Assembly: GCA_964106915.2 (NCBI GenBank) | Contig: OZ066914.1 | Source of the DNA: Podarcis gaigeae | Lineage: Eukaryota | Strand: one strand, 5' to 3' | DNA length: 64,000 bases | Part shown: one piece after another, positions 26,715 through 38,700 of the stretch | Layout of the letters: each line of letters starts with the position of its first letter | Position numbering within the stretch: position 1 is the first letter of the stretch | Made by a program: the position numbers and the translations under genes | The notes under the pieces: model-generated | Databases searched by the model: none | The model's input: the letters and a program-made list of their open reading frames with translations, nothing else | Told to the model about the DNA's origin: nothing

Positions 26715-29700
26715 CGCGCGCGCGCTCAATATAACCCCATGCAAAATATATTTTTTTAAAAAAACCAGAATTGCAGAACTAAGAGTATGTATTGCTTACC
26801 AGCCTGGTAATCATATAAGGCTATCGCTGTTATTCCAAGGTCGTTTTCGTATTCGTAAGTACTTTCATCTAAAGGGAAAGGGACACATTACTACTATGCA
26901 TGACACAATAAAAGGATATGTGAATTTCTTAAACTCATGTACTAACATGTAGTTTGACACTTAAAGTTGGTCTCTCCCATATTCAGTTGCATCACCCAAC
27001 ATAGGTTCTAATCACCATTTAAGATCATTTTTATTGCCTGAAGCCAAGACCTAGTAGGCTGCAGTTGCAATCCTAGACATGCTTACTGGAGAATAAATCC
27101 CACCAAGAGCGACTTACTTTCAGATGCCTAGAATCATTAGATATCCCTGGCCCACCAAATGTCCTATATGTAACACCGTTAACACCTTACAAGTCAAGCT
27201 AGTATGCCTTTCCCCCAGCTTTGTTTTTCAGAAAGCACAGACCCCAAATATTTATAGTTTTGTATCTGATGCTACTCTAAGGAGCTCAATACAGCACAGA
27301 GAGGCTTCCCAGGTAAATCTCCTGCCCAGCATTAGCTACACACAGCCCTGCATAGCTTTAGGGAAAAAAAAGGAACCGTCTACTCAAAAGTATTACCTCC
27401 CAGCTCCTGTCACTTACTGAGTGTTTTCTAGCCTGAACATCTCAAACTACCAGATCTGAGAACAGTCTACCATTGCCTAAAGCCATGACCAAAGAGATCT
27501 CTCCTAGGTCAAAAGACAAGCTGACAAACCTGCTTGATACTGGTTTCCTGCCCCAGCCACTTCATACACCGTCTCAGATTCATACTCTGGCTCCCGCTTA
27601 CTGACTGCTTCTTGGTAGTCAGATTCTTCAACTTTGTTGTTGGTTTCCGGCTCGTGTGCGGCTGAGTAATTTGCATTTGAATTCTTGTAGCCAGACTCAA
27701 AGGAAACGGCATCCTAGAGGGAAGGAGAGGCAGCCAGAACATAACAGACAGAGAGAACTTCAAGTACATTGTTGTTACAGAAATGCAGTTGTTACTGCCT
27801 CCCTTAGGAGGAGGAAACCTCAACCCTGGGGGAAGGGTGGTGGGGAATGCAGGGACTCTTCAGGTCTGCTCCAATCCACAGCCTGGACTGGCATGTGTTC
27901 TTGTACTGCTGCTTGCCTGCACATAGGGTGGAGAGGAAAGTGCACACAGAGAGTGTGCACATGTGTACACAAGCACACACAGAGAAACCTCTTTTTTTGC
28001 ATATATGCTACAGTACAAAAGTAGAAGTTATATTCATAGCTCTGTCTGTTTTGCATCTGACCCCACCCACAGCTGGCATGAGGCTCTCAGAATGTCCCTG
28101 TTGGGCTAATAAAGGTGCCCCACCCCCGGTACACAGGACACAGTGCACACCACACCCACATTAATGCATATAGGGCTAAAGTGTGCAGGGGAAGGACACC
28201 CCTGTGCCAGCCCCCTGCACCCCCAAATGCTCATCTGCTCCACCTGACACAGAAGCCCCCTTTAGATCTTCCTCAGCGCTTTCAGCTGAACATGCTTAGA
28301 AGCCTCCCCATAACCAAGAACTCCTCCTTATCGGAGTTTTCAAAAATGAGGAGCACATGAAGACAGCCCATGGACTGCTTGCATTTTAGAGACTGCTGCA
28401 AGCTGACATTTTGCAAGTGCCCTTCCCGTGAAGATACACAGCAAGTGCCTTATGAGAGTCCGACAGATCAATTCCTTGGCAAAGTAATTTGGCAGACTCG
28501 AGGAGAAGCTGGGGTGGTGCACTGCAACAGCCACATCACAGTCATTGTGGGAATACAATTGCACAGCATGTTTGTTCATTATACAGCTGAAAGTCTGCTC
28601 CTCACTACGCCATGATAATTCATTCAAGCGTATTCTCATTTCTCCCCATGATCTCTCCCTTGTCGAATGTTCCAAATTTAGCATAGCAAATGTGATTAAA
28701 TTTATTACAATGTTATTGTCCTGAGTGGTATAAGGCAGCTTCTGGTGGCGCCCCTGTTGGACTACTTGTGCATATAGCACACCATTGTCTCCTCTGACAA
28801 GCAGAGGAGGAACAGACATCTTTCACAGCAGTTCCTACCTGACAGGTAGATGCCAATGATAGTACCTGGGAGCTTCAGCATGCAAAGCATTTGCCCTTCA
28901 GCTAAGGTTTTGCTTTTTTCCTGTTTGGCTAAATGACTATAGCTAGCAAACTAACCTCATAGACTGGACTTGATGGCAATTTTTCTTCCACAGGCTGCAG
29001 TGTGGGAGAAGGAACAGGAACAGGAACAGGAGCAGGAGATGGAGGTGGAGTTTGTTTCTTGGCTTTGGCCTGTTCCTTTAAAAGAGAGAGAGAGAAAACA
29101 GAGTGGGTGGGTGGGTGGGAGAAGAGATATGGATCAAAGCCAGATCTGTAGCACAGACATGACACAACAAGAGGAGCAGGAATTTTGTGACTTGCACTTA
29201 ACACGCAACACCACCACTAACTTGCCCCTCTATGAAAAAGTGAGAGAATTTGTAAGGAAGGTAACTTATTTTCTGCAGCAGTTTCACTTATGGAGTCACA
29301 CTGCAGGAGGCTAAAACAGAAAGCAGGCACAGTGAGGAGAATACTTAACAGTAAGACTATGATGAGGTCGTCCTTTAAATCCTCCACAAGTTACCCTGCA
29401 GTTACAGCTACAAGGAGCATGTGAGCCAGTGTGACCATGTTGAGAGCTTGCAACTCAACATAGTCAGTGGCAAACTGCATGAATATGGCAACCAAGTTAC
29501 CCCACTCATGGGCTGACTCTTATGCCATCACTGCTGCCCCATGGAGCAGCACCGTGGCAGTGTGAATGGGCTGGCAAGTATGCTATTTCCTTCACAGGAT
29601 CCACTTGCAAGGAGAATCCCACACCATAAAGCAAGACGCCTGTACTTCCTGTTAAGTTCTTCCTTCACCTGTTTTGTTGCTTTCTATGTATCCTTAAGGG

Positions 29701-32700
29701 ACGCAGGTGGCCTAGGACTTGCCAATCAGAAGGTTGGCGGTTTGAATCCCTGTGACGGGGTGAGCTCCTGTTGCTCGGTCCCTGCTCCTGCCCACCTAGC
29801 ATTTCGAAAGCATGTCAAAGTGCAAGTAGATAAATAGGTACCACTCCTGTGGGAAGGTAAACGGCGTTTCCGTGCGCTGCTCTGGTTCGCCAGAAGCAGC
29901 TTAGTCATGCAGGCCACACGACCCAGAAGCTGTACGCTGGCTCCCTCAGCCAATAAAGTGAGATGAGCGCCGCGACCCCAGAGTTGGCCACGACTGGACC
30001 TAATGGTCAGGGATTCCTTTACCTTTGTATCCTTAAGCATGGGGGGCTGGTTCCCTTGCATTAATTCACCAATCAGGCTTCAAGCTCCTATTTTTAAAAT
30101 GGCCTCAGAACATAATGACACCGCATTTTCCAATGCACCAAACATGACCTTTCTGACAAGCTGATTGGACTTAAGGGTAAAGGACAGGGAGATGAAAGAT
30201 GGCCCAAATGTGAATTGCCAGGTGGAGCACTGTCAGAGGCAGCAGCTGCCACCAAGACAGTGGGAGTCAGAAAGGAGTTTTTGCAGCCTCCTGTTCCCGA
30301 GACTCCCAGAAATAATGATGCCAATTAACAGCAACTGGTGTGAGGTGGAGCAACACAGGTGACACAGGTCACCATTTCTGGAGCAACAAGTGTGCAGCAC
30401 CCCTATGACAACTGCCAATGGGGTGGAGGAATCCCATAGTCAGAGTTAGGGAAGAAAGGCACTGCAGGATAGGAGATTGGATCAAATAATGCTTCCGGGT
30501 GAAAGCTGAAAGTGTCACAGAAGGCCCTCTTGTCCCTAGATACATACAGCGAGTACACTTGTGGTCAGCTGTTTAGTGTAAACAATTGTGGAAACGGCAA
30601 TAGTTAAATCTACTATATCCTACACATTTCACTTTATGTATCCCTATTTCCACACTGCTGCTGCTACTGAGGGAGGGAAGAGGGTATTGTGTGTTTTTGC
30701 TTTCTATTGTTAGTGTATTGTATTTGTTGTATTTTTATACTTTTCTATTAGCTGATTATTTCGCTGTATGTATCTTTATTTCTCTACCACGGCTGATTAG
30801 TGAAATTGCTGTAGGATTTATTAAGCACTGCACTTTTAAGTCTCAGTTGTTCACTTAAGTCAATATATGTCTGGGCAAAAAGTCATGGAGGAATGCTGTT
30901 TTTACAAGGAGACTATATATTTTTACACTGGCCAGGTGCTTATACAAAGAGGTAAACTATTTTTAGTTGCAGTTGTACTGATGAATTGTTGCTGCCATGA
31001 CTTTGTGGTTTAGATGATATATTACTGTGTACAGTTGTTTTATCTACTGGCCGCCAGGCGTCCTGAGTTCCACGTTGAAAGAAGAACAGGATATAAGATT
31101 TGTGAATACATAAAATTAGTAGCACTGGGTTATAAGTGATGTGTTCATTGTTCCTGCCATAAACATTTAGGTACTGTGCATTTCCCTGATGGTGAATTAC
31201 AACACACAAGAGCGATGACTATAACATTGATTACTACATCTCCCCACCCCCACCCACCCCCCCGCAAGTAAGCATTGATGGGAAACAAGTCTGTAAGTCT
31301 TCCCTTGTCTAGTTAACCCACTAACAAGACAAGACATACTACAAAGCTGGGAGAGGAACTTATTTTTCATTTGTAGTCCCAGGGCTGTGGTCTGACACAC
31401 TAAATTGTTACCAGGTGTTGTGAATGCAACCAGTACAGGACTGCTGCATTTCATTTCACGGAGCCCACATATTCTGTAGCAGACAGGCAATTTCTTTATT
31501 CATCAGAGTCTCAAAGGCAGGAGTCAGAGTGGGTGGCAGTAGGAAGACCCATGCTGGGTGCTGCTGCTAGTAATTTTCTCCAGATTAAGCTGCACAGCAC
31601 TTTCTAGGACTTAAAGATAGTCCAAAAGAGGTAGGCATTTAGGAGCAATAATCTAGTATCTTTGCTCATTAGAAATAAAAGTAAAAACTACCACCTTGCT
31701 TTTCTCTTTCTTAGATTTAAATGACATCATCAGGGACACAGATCATATGATGAAGAAAGGAATTGGTTGGGAGCAAGGATACAGCCAAGTTACATTTCTT
31801 TAACAGAGAACACTCAACAGAGGTTGACGCTTTCCAAGAGATGGGGGGGCGGGAGAAAGAAACCCTTCTAGTGTATTTATTCCAGCTGGCTCTACATATT
31901 TTACTGAGGAACTGCCTCTGCATTTTGCCAGCTACTTAACTCAAACCTTACAGGGTGAGAACATTTTAAAATTGCTCAGCCCCATGCAAACATCCTTCTC
32001 TATTGTCTAGTTGTGTGCCCCAGTCATAGGATCAAGCTTTAGGGTCATAAAGGAGGCGTGCCTGCCATCTTCAGGACCCAATCCTATCCCACTGCAGCTC
32101 AGAAATGCTCAGCAATGATTCTATTGCCAGCACCAGAGCAAGGAAATCAGGGAGCTGAATGTTTCTGCTACAAGTAAAGCTAGTGACCTATAGGATGCTA
32201 GCAATACAGAGTTAAACCAATAGGTTTCTTAACAATAAAAGGAGCAATTCAGATGGAGGTCCTAACAGTTTAGCTTCTAGAGGTTTCTGTGTCCAGTCCA
32301 GACACAAAGGGATTGGTTGACAACAGCTCACATTTTATCAGCAGAAACTTTCTTTTTGTGAGCTTCATCAGTTGGGCTGTACACTGCAGTGACAACCAGA
32401 GAGCAGGGATCCTAAGAATATCTAAAAATAGCTTCCTTCCCTCCTCATAGTTTTGAATCCATAGTTTTGATTACAGCCTAATTAATGAATCCTGGAACTA
32501 GGAAGACTTTAAGCAATCTATAACCAGACCTACTTATAATATGTATTCTAGTTTTGAATCGTAAAAGTTGACAGCTTTCTAGAAGTTTTAAAGTTAATTA
32601 TTTTCAAAAAACAAAACAAAACCAATTCTGACTTTTTTTCTCAAGGGTGAGGGAGGGTGAAAGAAAGAGGCAAAACAATGAAATTCACTGACTTCCAGCG

Positions 32701-35700
32701 TCCTCCTGGCTTCCTCTTGTTCTTGCTTGTCCTGTGCCATTCTTTGAGCTCTTTCGACTTCCGCCTTCCTTCTATCCTCCTGCTCTTTATCCTTAGCTAG
32801 GTTTTCAAAGTTAGCTCTGATGTTGCTGGTTTTGTTATTTGCTGTAATAGTAGAAATATTGAGACGTTCATTTTACAGGGCAGTTTCCTATGCAAACCTC
32901 CACAACATACAGATCCAGAGTTAACTGGTAACCAAAATTAAGACTAAGCAAATTCTTTATACTTAGGAAAAAGTAATGTAATCCCCTGAGAAGCCTGACT
33001 CATTCACCTTCCTACTAAAAACAGATGCTGCAAAAATTGGAACATATTGAAAGTTCAGGCCTAAATGACTGACTTAAAAGTTAGGAATTCGGGAGTCGTT
33101 CCAGCAACAAGGCCAAGGATTAGCTGACACGTTCAATTTAAAATGTTGACTCCCTTCCTGAGCAGACAAAAAAGAAAATACATTAGAAAGTCCATCCAAT
33201 TTTTATTTCACCATTCCAAGCATAGAAAGCTAAATACACCTAGGAGATTTAGTACTTATGCTGATGCAATGACTGCACTCCCATGTAATGCTTAAGCATG
33301 GCTTGGCATTATGAGGGTGAAATGCAGTAAACCTCAGGCTCACAAACCACCACCACCCCTGAAATGTTGCTACAAGGAGTTGAGAAGTTTTCCTTTCATT
33401 TAAAGATTAACTACATTTCATCTGCCATCGGAACTTGGGAGAAACTGTGGCTCGCCTTAGCTTAATAGAAACTAGTCACCTTCAAGCCATAATTTAAGAA
33501 GCTGTCTTGTTTTCATTCACCATAGTTAAGATTAACTTGGGATTCAGTTGCAACACTAAACCGTGGTTAATCCAAAACAAAAGCTGAAAGTTCAGGAATC
33601 TCCTTGTGGCTGTGTCACAGCCCCTCATCCTCATAATGCTAGGCACTTAGGCCATCAAGAACTTAAGATATTTCAGGTATAAGGGCAAGCTAAACCATAA
33701 ACAAGGAAAACATTGGAGAGAGATTTTCAGCATTTTAAAACATAGCCTTACCAGCTTCCACCGGCTTGGTCTTCTGGTACGTTGAAGACAATTTCTCAAT
33801 ATCTTCAAAAGCTGATGCATTCTATCAATAAAAGCCAGATGAGGTCACAAACATATTCAGGGACAAGATAACAAGCTATTAGAAATGCACACAACAGTTT
33901 TATTTGAAGAAGTCATTTTTATGCTCCAAAGTTGCTTTTCATGTACAAGCTGCAAGTTCTCAAAGGTGACATGTGCACTCAAAACAAATAAAAAGGCTGT
34001 GTGATTTTAATAAGTATCCAGACAAAGCAAAATGCCACCTGACACTTGCCAATCTAATGACAAATGCAAACTTGGATGCAAGAGGTTTGACATTTTTTTA
34101 TAAGTAAAATGAAACACAAAGCTAAATTTCAACTGAGCAGAGAACTCAAAAGAGCAACTCTCAATTTCAAAAAGCAGTAGAGAAGCTTTAAGTGCACAAT
34201 GATATGAGGCAGCAAAGCAAACAGATGTCTCTATCACAAATATATGAAGGTTCAATATATGAGTAGACATGGTTACAATTGCACTGAAGGTTGAGGATGC
34301 TTTTATGAACTGATCCCTGATACTTTTTATGTTGCAACACTCTTTTTTATGCATTTGGACATTTATATGCTACATTTTTGTAATGTTTTTCTACTTCTTG
34401 TGAGCTGCTAAAATTGCAGCTGATATGAATTTCCTCAGAATTTTTTTTTCTTAAAAACAAAACAACAAAAAAACACTTTCATCATCCACCAGCCACATGT
34501 GAGTATGTATATACACCGAAGAAAGTATCTCTTTTCCAGAACAGTATCTGTATTAGTCTGCTGTTCTAAAAAATAAAGTAAGAAGCTCCTTTGTATACTT
34601 ATTCATTGAATTCAGAGGGGATTATTTCTGAGCACCTCTGCATTAGACTGGAGATTCTAATCTGAGGCAGCCATTATAAAAACTGATGCCGGGGGGTATT
34701 TATTCCACATTATTTAATGCAGACAATTTATCTCTGGCTCTACCCATCATCAGTTCCCAGACAGAAATGAAAGGTTGCCCATCCTTGCCATAAGAAATAT
34801 TTGATTTACGGTCATACCTTATCCATTCGATCTTTCTGCACGCCATATTTTCCACCAAAGCCTTTCGAATAGTCTAAAAACAGGACACACACAAAAAATT
34901 GTAGGTGATGGTTTCTACCCCTCTTTTGAGTTTTCTCACCGAAAGGAGCTGCATGCTTAAGAGTTCCCAATGACTGCAGCCAAGCAAAAAACGGAAAAGA
35001 AGTAGATGCAATAGATGAAATATATATATACTTGTAAGATTTTGGAAGAAGTGTTGGCAGGTGTGCAAGCTGCAATGGGCCAGATTCATGCTTCCACATT
35101 CATTGGCTGAAATGACACTGGATGACCCTTGGCAGGAATCAAGCAAAGAAAAGGATGCTCTCCCTCTCTGGACCCAACACCTCTGCCTGCCACTCACCAC
35201 TTCTATAGAACAGCCTTGGATTACTCTACTTCTAGCATTTACTTATCGCCACTTCTGGCATTCACCATGTCAATGAATGAGCATTTCAAATGCCAAAAAG
35301 ACACAGATATATTGACCACAGAGGGCTTTGTATCCAACCAAGCCATAGTCTTCAGTAGATACAATGAAAAGCACTGAACTGACATCAGTCAGGCCCACTG
35401 ATTTCAGAGAGTCTACTTTGAGCAGGGCAATGTCTCATTTCAGATCGAAAACAGAAGTACAATTAAATGCTGGATAGACAAACTTCTACAAAACACACAC
35501 ACTGTGGGGGGAAACTGAAGGAATGAAATACTTCTTATTTATGGAAGGATCTCATGGGCTACCTTGCCTTATTTTCATCTAGGAGATTCTATGTAAAGAG
35601 AGTTTATATATATATTTATCTATCCACCCACAACACTGGAACCAAATCACCTTTGCCTAACGTTTCAATGAAGACATTATTTCACATGTTTTATATTGAA

Positions 35701-38700
35701 CTGATACACTGCATGAAGTGGTGATCACTAAAAACAAAATCTCAAACCTTCTAACAGCCAAATCAGGGCATATTTTATATTGGATGGATGGTGCATGACT
35801 TTAACATTGCAACATATGGAAACTACCCTACTAGTTCTAGAAAATGAATTGCACATGGGTTTTCCTTTGAAGAAAGAGGCAAGGGAGCTCTCTCTCTATA
35901 TATATATACAGTGGTACCTCTGGTTATGTACTTAATTCGTTCCAGAGGTCTGTTCTTAACCTGAAGCACCACTTTAGCTAATGGGGCCTCCCGCTGCTTC
36001 CGTGCCACCACCACGCAATTTCTGTTTTCATCCTGAAGCAAAGTTCTTAACCCGAGGCACAATTTCTGGGTTAGCGGAGTCTGTAACCTGAAGCGTATGT
36101 AACCTGAAGTGTATGTAACCTGAGGTACCACTGTATATTTCTATATAATGTTGGCTAGGTTGATTTCACAGCACATGGAGAAAAGAAGATAATCTCATAG
36201 TGGTGCCTGTTATGCTATTTCACCCATTGCATTTAAAGAAAAAGACATTGATGTCTGCATTTTTAAGCAGTATTATCAATTTCAGCATAAACCTAAAATG
36301 TTGGCTTCTTGTTATGACGGAAGCCATAACAAGGACGTGTTGTTCACAAGTGGGCATCACTTGTGACATTTCCTGAACAGAAGCAACCTTGCTATGGCAA
36401 AGACTCAGACTCTGTAAGCCAGAATCAAGAACCACACAAGGCATGGAAGAGGTCCACTCCTTATATATCATAGAGTCCACACTCAAGCAATACTATTGCA
36501 GACGACTGACCTGATGCGCACTTGCCAAAAATCATAATAATGAAGAATGGCTGCCATTAGCTTTAAAACATTCAACTAAAGATTGCAGCGATGTATTGGG
36601 ATGATATGATTCAGAGAGAAAGAAATGTTGCCGTGAAACTGCCCGAGGGAGGTGCAGGGCTTTTAAAGAGAGCAACTTAAGTCTGTGGTAGAAATGGCTG
36701 CACTGGGTAAGTTACAACTAGAAACTATGCCTTGTTGCGATTCGTGCTTCGCTAGTTTCTCCTTGTAGTCAAACCCCACAGCTGAGGAGTCCTGCCTCTC
36801 TGTTTGAACACCGAATTTCCCTCCGAAACCACTCTTATAGTCTGAGAAATCCAGGTTGTATCACGAGGAAAAAGAAGCAAGAGGAGAGAAGGAGAAGGAC
36901 AGGAGGAAGAGAAACATATTTAGATACAACATGGACAAACCAAAAAACAAACACTATTAAAAAGCCCCCATTTTTAAAAAATAAAGTATTAATTTATTAC
37001 CTGCCCTTAACCCTGTTACCAGGGCAGGTTGCAACAATTAAAACACAATGTTAAAAAACAGATTAAAACAACTTACAATAACAAAAAATAAAAAGTAAGG
37101 TGGGTCCTAAAAATATGCATCTCAAGTATCACAGAAGCTAAATAAAGAAGTTGCCAGACACCTCTATTGGGATGGAGAACCACAGCTTAGGGGCTGCCAG
37201 AGAGAATTTTCTTTCCTGGGCCAACCCCTCCCCATAGCATCTGAGGGTAGTGGAACAAACAAGAGTGCTCCCCTCTACCAATCTTAGAGCTCAAGGGGGT
37301 CCAGTAGGGAAAGAGCTGGTCCTTTAGGTATCTAGAGGCTGAGTCATTTAGGTCTTTAAACACTAATATGAGTATCTTGGAGCCAGAAACAAAATGGTAA
37401 CCAGTGCAGCTGTTTTAAAACAGGAGTTATGTGCTATCTAAATGGAGCCAGAGCCAGTAATCTGGCCACTGTATTTTCAACCAATTTAAGTTTCTGAGTT
37501 GTCTTCAAGGGCAGCCCCATTTAGAGCACATTGCAATAATCCAATCTGGAAGTTACCAATCGTGGAGTATAATGGCCAGGTCATTTTTGCCCCAAAGGGG
37601 CTGAGGCTGGTGAACCAGCAGGATCTGAAAAAGGCACTTCTAGCCTCTAAGCTTGCCTGAGCCTCCAGTAACAAACAGTGCTGAATCCAGGAACAGACCT
37701 GCTCCTCCCAGGGGAGTGTAACCCCACCCAGGACAGGCCATCTCCTCACTTCCTGGGTGTAAGAACTCAGAACACATAACACCTCTGTCTTTCCAAGATT
37801 CAGTCCATCACGGTCTCCAAGCAATTGCCTCTCCCAACTCAGGTGGTACAAAAAGAGAAAGGTAGGTGTCATCTGCATATTGATGGTACGTCAAATCTCC
37901 GGACGACGGCTCCCAGTGGATTCATATAGAGGTCAAATAGCATGGGGGACAAGATGAAACTCTGCAGGACACCACACGATGACTCCCATGGCGTTGAACA
38001 GTAGCCTCCCATAACTATTTTCAGGAACACATCATGCAATTCAGAACCAAAATACACATTGAGAAATCTTATGGTTTCAAGACTGTTTTACTTCAGATTG
38101 CAGCTGGGAGAAATCACAGCTTGGAATGCCACACGTTTGAAAGCCCATGCCAAAAATCGCCTGCATATACACAGCAATCACACCAAGGAGAAGAATGTGC
38201 TAAATCTTTCTCTGATATACTACTATTTCCCTTTCCACCTCACAATATACAAGTGAAATGGTGCAAACCCATGTAATATTTTTGAACATGTAATTTGAAG
38301 AATATTTTCACAAGTTTCCCAGTTCCATCAGCCTCAGCCAATGGTTAAGGATGCTGTAGTTTAAAATCTGGATCTGCTAGAGATCATGTGATGCATATAT
38401 CTTCCTTCTATGTGAACACAACAACAGTACAGTATACAGGATGGTAATCATTGTACCCCTTTATATGTACAGCCAAGAAATATGTATATACCTTTCTGAG
38501 ATTCGTGCAGTTGTACTTTTTCCTGGTGATCCCAGCCAAGGGCACATTTGTCCTGTCTGTCCGTCTGCACCCCAAACTTTCCACCAAAACCTTTTGTATA
38601 ATCTAGATAGATAAAATAACACAAGGTGTTACCGAGATAATGTTTTTGTCCTGGAGGAGGTTTAAAATGAATTTATATATTTAAGAGAGAGTAGCTAGAG

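Noticed and set aside
33280-33650. Imperfect inverted ends (CTTGGCATTATGAGG / CCTCATAATGCTAGG) suggesting a structured ncRNA
   Set aside because: Similar degenerate motifs recur near 7190-7340 and 50040-50100, consistent with an old dispersed palindromic repeat.
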